A DNA stretch of 37,864 nucleotides from a virus (taxonomy: Duplodnaviria > Caudoviricetes), in the IMG/VR virus record IMGVR_UViG_3300012919_000018, positions 1 through 37,864 of that record, one strand, 5' to 3'. A program made the position numbers and the translations under genes. The notes beneath the pieces are model-generated. The model was not told the origin of the DNA, made no database searches, and saw only the letters and a program-made list of their open reading frames with translations. Of this stretch, positions 1 to 9,129 are shown piece after piece; positions within the stretch are counted from its first letter, which is position 1; each line of letters begins with the position of its first letter.

Positions 1-1176
1 AAACAACCTGATCTAAAAATAATCCAAGCCACGAATAACGCTGAGTTAGCCGTGAGATTTGGTCGTAAGGCAAAGTCACTAATCGACACGGAAGATTATC
101 AAAAAATATTTAACACAAGATTACGTGAGGACTCACAAGCGGCAGGTAAATGGGAAACAGCACAAGGCGGCGAATATTATGCAGCCGGTGTTGGTGGATC
201 AATTACAGGTCGTGGTGCTGATCTATTAATCATTGATGACCCACACTCGGAGCAAGACGCGCTGAACGTGGCTTCTTATGATAGAGTTTACGAATGGTAT
301 ACGTCAGGTCCTAGACAACGTTTGCAACCTGGGGGTAGAATAATTGTTGTGATGACTCGATGGTCAGTAGCTGACTTGACAGGTAAATTAATGAAAGCCC
401 AAAAAGAAGCAAAAGCAGACCAGTGGGAAGTGATCGAGTTCCCTGCCATATTACCATCAGGCAAACCAGTATGGCCAGGATACTGGAAACTAGAAGAGTT
501 AGAAGCGGTAAAAGCATCCGTCAATATACAAAAATGGAATGCACAGTACCAGCAAAACCCAACAGCCGCTGAGGGATCAATCATTAAAAGAGAATGGTGG
601 GTGCCGTGGGAGAAAGACGAGTTGCCGCCACTAATGCACGTGATCCAATCTTATGACACCGCGTTTATGAAAAAGGAAACAGCTGACTACAGCGCCATAA
701 CTACATGGGGAGTGTTCCAACCAAACGAGGATACGGGACCACGGCTTATATTATTAGACCTTGTAAAGGATAGATACGAGTTTCCAGAACTGCGTAGAAT
801 AGCAAAAGAACAGTATGATTATTGGAAACCAGAGACTGTAATTGTAGAGGCAAAAGCGTCAGGACTGCCTTTGACCTATGAAATGCGTAAACTGGGTATA
901 CCGGTTATTAACTTTACACCAAGCAAGGGAAATGATAAACATACTAGAGTGAACTCTGTTGCTCCGTTATTTGAGTCAGGTATGATTTATTATCCGGATC
1001 GCAAGTTCTCTGAAGAGATGATTGAGGAGTGCGCTGCATTTCCACTGGGGGAACACGATGACCTAGTTGATAGCATGACTCAAGCAGTAATGAGATTTAG
1101 GCAAGGTGGCTTTATAGAACATCCAGAAGATTACGAGGATGAAGAGTTACCACAACAGCAAAGGACGTACTACTAA
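1..1176 (+). CDS. terL: Terminase large subunit (5'-partial; frame open from base 1)
   Basis: Frame 1 is open from base 1 (KQPDLKIIQATNNAELAVRFGRK...). Contains the ITGRGADLLIIDDP Walker B region, VVMTRW coupling motif, and RNase H-like nuclease acidic motifs QSYDTA, DYSAITTW, HDDLVDS. Confidence 0.95.
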   Translation, partial: KQPDLKIIQATNNAELAVRFGRKAKSLIDTEDYQKIFNTRLREDSQAAGKWETAQGGEYYAAGVGGSITGRGADLLIIDDPHSEQDALNVASYDRVYEWYTSGPRQRLQPGGRIIVVMTRWSVADLTGKLMKAQKEAKADQWEVIEFPAILPSGKPVWPGYWKLEELEAVKASVNIQKWNAQYQQNPTAAEGSIIKREWWVPWEKDELPPLMHVIQSYDTAFMKKETADYSAITTWGVFQPNEDTGPRLILLDLVKDRYEFPELRRIAKEQYDYWKPETVIVEAKASGLPLTYEMRKLGIPVINFTPSKGNDKHTRVNSVAPLFESGMIYYPDRKFSEEMIEECAAFPLGEHDDLVDSMTQAVMRFRQGGFIEHPEDYEDEELPQQQRTYY

Positions 1177-3326
1177 TGGCAATTAGAGAAAAAGGCTTAA
1201 GAGGTATATTAGAAAAGTTAGGTCTTGATAAACTTTTTAAAAAAGCTGAAGAAGTTGAAGTTCAAAAAACAGATGTGGGTGAAGTTTCGGGTAAGTTTGA
1301 TGAAACAACAAAACCTGGCGAGTTTAAAAAACAAGGTGACATCATAGGGCCAGAAGGCGAAACACAAACTAAAGTTTACAGTTACAGACCAGAATCTTTT
1401 TCTGAGATGCAAAAGAGAACGGGCGTAGGAGAGTTCTCTGACGAAGCACTTAGCAGATCATTTATGGATAGTGTTGATGCAGATGTTATGTCATTAGATG
1501 AATACATAATGAAAGTCCGTGGCATAAGTTTAGACCAACTAGAAGCAGAAAGAGCTCTAAAAGCAAAAAAGGTTTCACCAGAACCAAAACAAATTGCAAC
1601 ACCAGAAGCTGATAAATTTATATCAGATGTACAAGCTGCAACAAACAGAACAGAAGAAGATATTAGAGAAACAATCGTTGATATTATGAACGAAGGTTAT
1701 GAAGCAGGTGATCCAAAGAGAACAATGTTTGATGATGATGAAATGATAAATGCATTTCTAGGTGTTAAGAAAGTAAACCAAGGAGACTTTGAAGAGTTTG
1801 TAGATACTTTTATGAAAAGATTGGTTGCAAGAGAGCCATCAGAATATACACCACCAGTTCTTAGAGATAAAAAATCATTTAAACTTAAAGCAGGAGAAAG
1901 AGTTTTTAAAGATGATGATTTCCAAAAATCATATGACATGGCTGATGAATATGGGTTTAGAGTTACAGACGACCCATCAGATATTATTCCTTACAGTCAA
2001 TTATCAGAAAAAGATATTAGACTAATTAAATTAGGTGTGCCTATGAATAGTAAAAAGTACAAGGCACAGATGAAAGGATTAGAAGAAGGTAAACTTCTAT
2101 CAGACCTAGAAGATGATCCTATTAAGAAAGCAAATGCAAAAGCTTTTGAAGATGCATCAGGTGCAACAGAAAGAACAAAAATAATTAAAGCAAACGAAGA
2201 CCTAAAAGAACAAGCAACAAAAGAGATTATGGAAGCTATTGAAGAAGGTAATTTTAGAAAAGCAGAAGCAATAGAAAACGCATTTAATGATGGCACATAC
2301 GTGCCTGGTGGAAAGAAAAGAACACTAAATGCAAAAGGTGGTCGTATTGGTTTTGCAGATGGTGACTTTGTTGCACCAGAAGACGTAATGACAACTAGAG
2401 GAGACAATGAAAGTAGAATAGCTGAGTACATGGCAAAGATAGAAACAGGTGAATTAGTTTACGATCCTGAAACAAAACAGTTTATACCTGCTCCAAAGAA
2501 AAGACGGAGACAAAATACTAGACCTGCCGACAATGAAGAATACATGTCTGACTTGATGTATAGAATGAAGATGAACGAGATGTATGGTAAAAAAGATGGT
2601 GGTCGTATTGGTTTTGCAGAAGGTGGTGGCGGACCAAAAATAAATAGACGTAATTTTTTACAACTTGCGGGCGCAGGACTTGCAAGTTTAATGTTTCCAT
2701 TTGGAAGAGCTGCTAAAGAAGCTGCACCAGTGGTTACTAAAGCAATTCAACCAGTCGCAGGAATGCCTGATTGGTTTCCATTACTTGTAAATAGAATTAG
2801 AACCAAAGGTAAAGTTACAAGCGAACCAGATTATGCAGCGTTTACTTCTGGTGGTGATACTGAAAAAATTTACAAACTTGATGACTATACTTTGTACGAA
2901 GATATGGCTACAGGTAAAGTTACAGTAAGTGGTAGAGGTAACGACTACCAACAAGTTTCTATGGAATACACTCCAGGTGAAAATAAAGTTATGACTACGA
3001 AAAATCCTATTACAGGAAAAATGGAAAGAGGAGTCATGACAGAAAAACCAACTTTTGAAGCAGGAGAATACGCAAAAGGTGACCCATATGATTATGAAAA
3101 TTTTGGCGACTTTGATGATCTAAAAGGTGACGTTCGTAACTGGGAAGATTTTGCAACGGGTGGTAGAAAAACAGACGAGAAAACAGTAAAACAAGCTGTA
3201 GAAGAGTTTATAAATAAACAAACAGACCCAAATATTATAGATGACATGGCAAAAGGTGGTAGAGTAGGCATGGCACAAGGTGGCATAGCATCTAAATTTA
3301 AGGAGAGAGTACACTATGGTAATTGA
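1176..3326 (+). CDS. 716-aa multi-module protein between terminase and portal; three GGR[IV]G..GG-type motifs and an internal Tat-like signal peptide; putative ejected polyprotein
   Basis: Long ORF coupled to terL by a TAATG overlap. Motifs AKGGRIGFADG, DGGRIGFAEGG, AKGGRVGMAQGG, and NRRNFLQLAGAGLASLMFP after the second motif. Confidence 0.75.
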   Translation: MAIREKGLRGILEKLGLDKLFKKAEEVEVQKTDVGEVSGKFDETTKPGEFKKQGDIIGPEGETQTKVYSYRPESFSEMQKRTGVGEFSDEALSRSFMDSVDADVMSLDEYIMKVRGISLDQLEAERALKAKKVSPEPKQIATPEADKFISDVQAATNRTEEDIRETIVDIMNEGYEAGDPKRTMFDDDEMINAFLGVKKVNQGDFEEFVDTFMKRLVAREPSEYTPPVLRDKKSFKLKAGERVFKDDDFQKSYDMADEYGFRVTDDPSDIIPYSQLSEKDIRLIKLGVPMNSKKYKAQMKGLEEGKLLSDLEDDPIKKANAKAFEDASGATERTKIIKANEDLKEQATKEIMEAIEEGNFRKAEAIENAFNDGTYVPGGKKRTLNAKGGRIGFADGDFVAPEDVMTTRGDNESRIAEYMAKIETGELVYDPETKQFIPAPKKRRRQNTRPADNEEYMSDLMYRMKMNEMYGKKDGGRIGFAEGGGGPKINRRNFLQLAGAGLASLMFPFGRAAKEAAPVVTKAIQPVAGMPDWFPLLVNRIRTKGKVTSEPDYAAFTSGGDTEKIYKLDDYTLYEDMATGKVTVSGRGNDYQQVSMEYTPGENKVMTTKNPITGKMERGVMTEKPTFEAGEYAKGDPYDYENFGDFDDLKGDVRNWEDFATGGRKTDEKTVKQAVEEFINKQTDPNIIDDMAKGGRVGMAQGGIASKFKERVHYGN
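2337..2620 (+). repeat. 23-nt exact direct repeat ggtggtcgtattggttttgcaga (2337-2359 and 2598-2620) encoding GGRIGFA
   Basis: Direct sequence comparison; the match extends to 28 nt with one mismatch. Confidence 0.9.
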
Positions 3327-5808
3327 TAAAAAAACATTGAATGTTCCAAGACCAAGACGTTCATTCCAAATAAAAGGGCCACAAGCAGGCGCTGCCGCTG
3401 CAACAGAAATGTTGCAACAACAAATGAATGTCAAACCACCGATAGAAGTTACACAAGATGAAGATGGTGGTGCAACTATTGATTTTGATCCGCAAGCATT
3501 AAACGCAACATTAGGACCACAAGGTCATAACGAAAACTTAGTTAATCTAATGAACGAGGATGACACTGAGCAACTAGCTAGTGATTTAATAGAAGTTTAC
3601 GAAGACTGCAAAGCGTCAAGACAAGACTGGGAAAATACATATACAAAAGGTATGGACCTTCTTGGTTTTAAATATGAAGACAGAGCAGAACCATTTAGAG
3701 GTGCAAGCGGTGCAACACACCCTGTACTTGCAGAGGCAGTTACACAGTTTCAAGCACTAGCATACAAAGAATTATTACCAGCTGATGGACCTGTAAGAGC
3801 ACAGATTGTTGGTGCTGTTACACCTGAAAGAGAACAACAAGCTGATCGTGTAAAAGATTTTATGAACTATCAAATTATGGTTGAGATGAAAGAGTACGAG
3901 CCAGAGTTTGATCAAATGTTATTTAACTTACCATTATCAGGTTCTACATTTAAAAAAGTTTATTACGACCAATTACTAGGTCGTTGTGTTTCTAAGTTTG
4001 TACCAGCAGAAGATTTGTATGTGCCATACACTGCAACAAGTTTAGATGATACAGAAACAATTATTCACAAAATAAAAATGAAAGGCAACGATTTACTAAA
4101 ACAACAGTTGTCTGGTTTTTATGCTGACGTGCCTGTTGAAGAGGATGAAAATGTTGGTGAGGTCACAGAGAAAAAAGACGAGCTAGGTGGTATAGATCCA
4201 CACAGCGATGAAATTTACAATGTTCTAGAATTTCACACACACTTAGATTTACCTGGTTTTGAAGAGTTAGATGAGATGCAAGAACCAACAGGTTTAAAAG
4301 TTCCTTACATTGTTTCTATTGATGAAGGATCAGGAAAAGTTTTAGCTGTCAGAAGAAATTATGACATGCAAGATCAAAACAAAACAAGAAAAGAATACTT
4401 TGTTCACTTTAAGTTCCTACCAGGACTTGGCTTCTATGGGTTCGGCCTAATCCACATGATCGGCGGATTGTCTAGAACTGCAACTGCAGCACTTAGACAA
4501 TTACTAGACGCCGGCACCTTGTCAAATTTACCGGCCGGATTTAAAATGCGAGGCATTAGAGTACGTGATGAAGCTCAACCGTTGCAGCCGGGTGAGTTCA
4601 GAGATGTCGATGCTCCTGGTGGAAACTTAAGCGACGCATTCATGCCTTTACCGTTCAAAGGCCCTAACGCAACGTTGCTACAGCTTATGGATTTTGTAGT
4701 TCAATCTGGGCAACGTTTTGCAAGCATAGCAGATATGCAGGTCGGTGACGGAAATCAAAGTGCAGCTGTTGGTACAACAGTTGCATTACTAGAACGAGGT
4801 TCTAGAGTTATGTCTGCAATCCACAAAAGATTATATGCATCAATGAAACAAGAATTTATGTTATTGGCTGATGCTTTTGCAACATATCTACCACCGGTTT
4901 ATCCGTACGATATTATTGGTGCACAAAAACAAATTAAACAAGCAGACTTTAACGAAAGAATAGATATTATCCCTGTAGCAGATCCAAATATCTTTTCTCA
5001 AACACAAAGAATTACAGTTGCACAAAGTGCACTACAATTAGCAATGTCAAATCCAAAAATGCACAACTTATACGAAGCGTATAGAGGTATGTATGAGGCA
5101 CTTGGTATAAAAAACGTAAATGTTATACTACCACCACCGCAAAAACCTGCTGCGATGGACCCTGCTATGGAAAATATTATGGCAATGTCAGGAAAACCAT
5201 TCAAAGCATTCCCAGGACAAGACCATCAGGCGCACATGGATGCACATTTGACATTTATGGGTACGTTTATGGCTAGAAATAACCCTCAAGCACTTGCATT
5301 ATTGTCAAAAAACTGCATGGAACACATTGCATTGATGGCTCAAGAGCAAGTTCAGCTAGAATTTCAAGAAGAAATTGCACAAATTCAGCAATTAACAGCA
5401 AATATCCAACAAATGGGCGGTATGAACCCGAAAAATCCACAAGTTATGCAGGTTCAACAGCAAATTAAGCAAGAAACTGACAAAATTGAAGCTAGAAAAG
5501 CCCAATTAATTGCTCAATTAACCAATGATTACCTAGAAGAAGAGAAAAAAGTGTTAAATCAGCTTGATAATGACCCATTATTGAAATTAAAGGCAGACGA
5601 AGTGCAGTTAAGAGCTCAAGATCAGCAAAGAAAAGAGAAAGAAAGCGAAGAAAAAGCCAATATGGAGACTCTAAAATTGATCAGAGGAGGTCAAGAATTT
5701 GACGCTAAATTACAGCAAGATGACGAACATGCTAAGCTTAGGGCGTCTGTTTCACTTGCAAAAGACGGCATAAAACAGATGAAAGCAACAGTAATAGAGG
5801 ATAAATAA
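3316..5808 (+). CDS. Portal protein (P22-like, long C-terminal helical barrel)
   Basis: 830 aa downstream of terL. Motifs PFRGASGATHPVLAEAVTQFQA, GSTFKKVYYD, FLPGLGFYGFGL, Q/E-rich coiled-coil C-terminus. RBS aggaga upstream. Confidence 0.9.
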   Translation: MVIDKKTLNVPRPRRSFQIKGPQAGAAAATEMLQQQMNVKPPIEVTQDEDGGATIDFDPQALNATLGPQGHNENLVNLMNEDDTEQLASDLIEVYEDCKASRQDWENTYTKGMDLLGFKYEDRAEPFRGASGATHPVLAEAVTQFQALAYKELLPADGPVRAQIVGAVTPEREQQADRVKDFMNYQIMVEMKEYEPEFDQMLFNLPLSGSTFKKVYYDQLLGRCVSKFVPAEDLYVPYTATSLDDTETIIHKIKMKGNDLLKQQLSGFYADVPVEEDENVGEVTEKKDELGGIDPHSDEIYNVLEFHTHLDLPGFEELDEMQEPTGLKVPYIVSIDEGSGKVLAVRRNYDMQDQNKTRKEYFVHFKFLPGLGFYGFGLIHMIGGLSRTATAALRQLLDAGTLSNLPAGFKMRGIRVRDEAQPLQPGEFRDVDAPGGNLSDAFMPLPFKGPNATLLQLMDFVVQSGQRFASIADMQVGDGNQSAAVGTTVALLERGSRVMSAIHKRLYASMKQEFMLLADAFATYLPPVYPYDIIGAQKQIKQADFNERIDIIPVADPNIFSQTQRITVAQSALQLAMSNPKMHNLYEAYRGMYEALGIKNVNVILPPPQKPAAMDPAMENIMAMSGKPFKAFPGQDHQAHMDAHLTFMGTFMARNNPQALALLSKNCMEHIALMAQEQVQLEFQEEIAQIQQLTANIQQMGGMNPKNPQVMQVQQQIKQETDKIEARKAQLIAQLTNDYLEEEKKVLNQLDNDPLLKLKADEVQLRAQDQQRKEKESEEKANMETLKLIRGGQEFDAKLQQDDEHAKLRASVSLAKDGIKQMKATVIEDK

Positions 5809-6818
5809 TGCCTATTGATGCTGATGTAAAGGGAGGATACGGAACCGCAGGAAATAGACCTAACGATCCTAGGGATAGAAATAAAGACGACACCAAGGGC
5901 GGAGAAGGTAACAGCGCTTTACATGATTTTTCTTATCAACCTACTCAAACTAATTATCTAGGCACTCAAGATTTCGAACAAGATTTTTCAAACACAAGTC
6001 AAGATTACGATCCTAGTAAACATACCAATAATATTATTGAGGCCATGTTTAGCCCTGATCTTACGTTTAAATACAACCCACAAATGGACTATGTAGACAG
6101 GGTTTATGGTGGTCTTAGACCTGATCAGAAACAAAGGATATTAGATCAAGTAGACCCTAAAGGAATTTTTGGTGGTAATTTTGGTTCTTTTGTAGATGCA
6201 AACTACGGTAATTTATATGATGCAGGTAATATTACAGGTCAAAATATTGCAGATGCTTTTACTAGTGTAGCTGATTATTTTACCGCCATGCCAAATAAGA
6301 TAGCCAACTACAATCCAACAATGCCAACACAAGAAGGTATTACAAGTTTAACACAGAACATAGGCAAAACCATTTTTGCAAACCCTTTTACAACTCTGAT
6401 GGGAATGAATCCTGCAGGACTTCCTCTAGGACTGTTCGCAGCTTTAACTATGAATGAAGGTCCATTTAAGTTAAATGAAGATGGCACTTACAATCCTGAA
6501 CTTGGAGATATTGCAAACTTAACAAACGCACCTTCTAATTACATAAACGCTATTGCAAACTATCAAGGTCAATTAACACCAGAACAAATGTCACAAGTGG
6601 CAAGTGGTATGGCAGCAAAAGCAGAAGAACAAGCGAATACTAAAACTGGAGTAGAACTTACAGCAGAAGAAAAAGCAGCGTTACAAGCTCAAATGAATGC
6701 GGCAAGTATACAAAGTTACAAAGACACACTTGATCAACAACAGTTAAGAATATACGAAAGACTTGCGGGACAAGGTTATAATGATGATTACATCAGAGCA
6801 TACTTAGGTTTACTATGA
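5808..6818 (+). CDS. Hypothetical N/Q-rich protein, possibly an internal virion protein
   Basis: 336-aa ORF coupled to the portal by TAATG; one weakly hydrophobic segment (PFTTLMGMNPAGLPLGLFAALT). Confidence 0.6.
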   Translation: MPIDADVKGGYGTAGNRPNDPRDRNKDDTKGGEGNSALHDFSYQPTQTNYLGTQDFEQDFSNTSQDYDPSKHTNNIIEAMFSPDLTFKYNPQMDYVDRVYGGLRPDQKQRILDQVDPKGIFGGNFGSFVDANYGNLYDAGNITGQNIADAFTSVADYFTAMPNKIANYNPTMPTQEGITSLTQNIGKTIFANPFTTLMGMNPAGLPLGLFAALTMNEGPFKLNEDGTYNPELGDIANLTNAPSNYINAIANYQGQLTPEQMSQVASGMAAKAEEQANTKTGVELTAEEKAALQAQMNAASIQSYKDTLDQQQLRIYERLAGQGYNDDYIRAYLGLL

Positions 6819-6970
6819 AAAAAGAAAAGAAAATCAGCAAGGTAATGCGTGAGTTTAAAAAAGGTAAATTAAATATTGGAAAAAGTAAGAAAAAGGTTAA
6901 AAATAGAAAGCAAGCCGTAGCCATCGCGTTAAGCGAGGCCGGTGTAAATAAGAAGAGGAGACGCAAATGA
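6815..6970 (+). CDS. Small very basic protein, DUF6496-like (not in ORF track)
   Basis: Hand translation MKKEKKISKVMREFKKGKLNIGKSKKKVKNRKQAVAIALSEAGVNKKRRRK*. The KVMxEFKxGxL...RKQAxAIALSEA pattern is typical of DUF6496. ATGA overlaps on both sides. Confidence 0.8.
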   Translation: MKKEKKISKVMREFKKGKLNIGKSKKKVKNRKQAVAIALSEAGVNKKRRRK

Positions 6971-7077
6971 TCGAATCAATAAAAGAAAAAGCAATGCATT
7001 ACTGGACAGAGCACAAGTATATAGTTTGTGCTGTTGCTTTTGTAATCGTAGTTCTACTAATAGGTAACTTCACATAA
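6967..7077 (+). CDS. 36-aa single-pass membrane protein (not in ORF track)
   Basis: MIESIKEKAMHYWTEHKYIVCAVAFVIVVLLIGNFT*; RBS gaggag at 6955-6960; ATGA overlap with the upstream gene. Confidence 0.7.
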   Translation: MIESIKEKAMHYWTEHKYIVCAVAFVIVVLLIGNFT

Positions 7078-7081
7078 CCAT

Positions 7082-7459
7082 ATGATACTTGACGTAGTCA
7101 AACTAGCAATCGGCGCTGGCACACACATAATGACAAATAGACAGAAGCGCAAAATGCTCGAGTCAGATGCTGCTATGTTGCATGCACAAAAAATGGCTAA
7201 TGGTGAAGTCGAGTATCAACAAACTGTAAGACAATCAAATGACAAGGGATGGAAAGACGAGTTCGTTTTGATTTTAATTTCGCTCCCAATTTTATTGTTG
7301 ATATGGAGTGTGTTTAGTGATGATCCAACAATACAAGAAAAGATAGATGTGTTCTTTGACAAGTTTGCAAATCTGCCTTTTTGGTACCAGAGTCTATTTA
7401 TTGGCGTGGTCGCTTCGATATACGGACTCAAGGGCGCAGATATTTTCAAGAAAAAGTAA
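7082..7459 (+). CDS. Putative holin (3TM/GTA-holin-like membrane protein)
   Basis: Hydrophobic segments WKDEFVLILISLPILLLIWSVF and LPFWYQSLFIGVVASIYG, with a basic C-terminus (FKKK). Confidence 0.6.
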   Translation: MILDVVKLAIGAGTHIMTNRQKRKMLESDAAMLHAQKMANGEVEYQQTVRQSNDKGWKDEFVLILISLPILLLIWSVFSDDPTIQEKIDVFFDKFANLPFWYQSLFIGVVASIYGLKGADIFKKK

Positions 7460-7562
7460 TTTGACTTAAAAATACATTTGGGGGAAAAGATGGGGGACGA
7501 AAACAAACCCAAGAATCCACTTGATGAATTCTGGGCACAAATAGGAGATAAAAAGAAAAAAT

Positions 7563-7799
7563 ATGTCAGAAGTTACAGACCCAATAAACGTGATATACAA
7601 ACTTCGAAGAGAGCTACAAACTCAAATGGAAACTCTGGTACAAACCCTCGCAAACGGCGGGATTGACAATTACGAAGAATATAAGTATATCTTAGGTAAG
7701 ATCCACGCAACGGATAATATAAATCAGGAACTCTCTAACCTGCTAGAACCAAAGGAGCCAAATAACGATGATGACAAAGTCACACGCATTAGAAACTAA
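7563..7799 (+). CDS. Hypothetical helical protein upstream of GroES
   Basis: 78 aa, RBS-like aggag upstream, amphipathic helices with YEEYKYILG. Confidence 0.7.
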   Translation: MSEVTDPINVIYKLRRELQTQMETLVQTLANGGIDNYEEYKYILGKIHATDNINQELSNLLEPKEPNNDDDKVTRIRN

Positions 7800-8184
7800 A
7801 TACGAAGAACAAGACAAAGAAGCTACAGAAGCACCTACCAAAACAAATTTAGAAAAATTACCTGACCCTACGGGTTGGCGTATACTTGTTATGCCTTTTC
7901 AAGTAAAAGAAGAAACAAAGGGCGGAATTATTATTGCACAAGAAACATTAGACAGAGCAAGAGCTGCTGTACAAGTTGGTTATGTTTTAAAAAAAGGTCC
8001 ACTGTGTTATGCGGATAAAGAAAGATATCCCACAGGAGCATGGTGTGAAGAAAAAGATTGGGTGATCTTTGCAAGGTATGCAGGATCACGCATGGAAATA
8101 GATGGTGGAGAGATAAGAATGTTAAACGATGATGAGATACTTGGGACAATAGGGGATCCTAAAGATCTTATTCACGCAATGTAA
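7768..8184 (+). CDS. groES: Co-chaperonin GroES (Cpn10)
   Basis: PTGWRILV, EETKGGIII mobile loop, VIFARYAGSRMEIDGGEIRMLNDDEILG are Cpn10 signatures. Confidence 0.93.
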   Translation: MMTKSHALETKYEEQDKEATEAPTKTNLEKLPDPTGWRILVMPFQVKEETKGGIIIAQETLDRARAAVQVGYVLKKGPLCYADKERYPTGAWCEEKDWVIFARYAGSRMEIDGGEIRMLNDDEILGTIGDPKDLIHAM

Positions 8185-8201
8185 TCATAGGAGGATTTAC
8201 T

Positions 8202-9125
8202 ATGCTAGACGAAAAAATAGACGTCGGTGATTTAGACGAACAAGAAACAGAAATAGATCTTGACGCTGCACCACAAGAAGAACAACCAGAAGAGAAACCA
8301 GAAATAGAAATTGCTGAAGCTCCTGGTACAACACACGAAGAAACAGAAGAAGTAAAAAAGGCAGAACCAAAAGAGGAACTGTCTGAGTATTCTGAAAGTG
8401 TAAAAAAGAGAATAGCAAAACTTACGCACAAGATGCGAGAGGCTGAAAGACAAAAAGAAGAAGCCATTGAGTATGCTAAAAATCAAAAAAGTTATGCTGA
8501 TAAATATCGACAAAGATATGAATCATTAGATAGTGACTACACAAAAGAATTTGAAAAAAGAGTTACGTCAGGAAAAGAGGCTATACAAACAAAACTAGCA
8601 GCAGCGATTGCGTCTGGTGATGTAAATGCTCAAGTTGCAGCTCAAACTGAATTAGCTCAATTATCAATGGATGCTAGTAGACTGGCTAGAATAAAAGAAG
8701 TTGACCAAAAAATGGTTACTCCACAAGAACCAGAAGCACCAAAACCACAAGCACCAAGACAGCCAGATCCCAAAGCAGACGCTTGGGCAGCTAAAAACCC
8801 TTGGTTTGGTACAGATAATGCAATGACTTACACTGCATTTGACATACACAAACAGCTTGTAGAACAAGAAGGTTTTGATGGTCAGTCTGACGAATATTAC
8901 GCAGAAGTTGATAAACGAATAAGACTTGAATTCCCACATAAATTTGATAATGTGGGATCAAATACAACAGCTGAACCAGTTCAGACTGTTGCAAGTGCAA
9001 ATCGTCCGGCCGCAAAGGGACGCAGAAAAACTGTGAAGCTCACACCATCACAGGTAGCTATTTCTAAAAGACTAGGTGTGCCACTCGAAGAGTATGCGAA
9101 ACAATTAGCCGCGAAGGAGGTATAA
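8202..9125 (+). CDS. Putative capsid scaffolding protein
   Basis: Acidic N-terminus, long coiled coil, AWAAKNPWFG and C-terminal LTPSQVAISKRLGVPLEEYAK; upstream of the capsid genes; RBS aggagg. Confidence 0.7.
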   Translation: MLDEKIDVGDLDEQETEIDLDAAPQEEQPEEKPEIEIAEAPGTTHEETEEVKKAEPKEELSEYSESVKKRIAKLTHKMREAERQKEEAIEYAKNQKSYADKYRQRYESLDSDYTKEFEKRVTSGKEAIQTKLAAAIASGDVNAQVAAQTELAQLSMDASRLARIKEVDQKMVTPQEPEAPKPQAPRQPDPKADAWAAKNPWFGTDNAMTYTAFDIHKQLVEQEGFDGQSDEYYAEVDKRIRLEFPHKFDNVGSNTTAEPVQTVASANRPAAKGRRKTVKLTPSQVAISKRLGVPLEEYAKQLAAKEV

Positions 9126-9129
9126 GCAT

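Noticed and set aside
2490-2510. PKKRRR, resembling a eukaryotic nuclear localisation signal, in the 716-aa protein
   Set aside because: Short basic runs arise easily in AT-rich, Lys-rich proteins, and all context points to a bacterial host.
5808-5910. KGG occurrences (DVKGGYG, TKGGEG) in the 336-aa protein as further copies of the GG tag
   Set aside because: They lack the R-[IV]-G-aromatic core, so they are too weak to count.
7461-7490. TTGACT as a -35 element upstream of the GroES/scaffold genes
   Set aside because: No acceptable -10 hexamer at 16-18 nt spacing.
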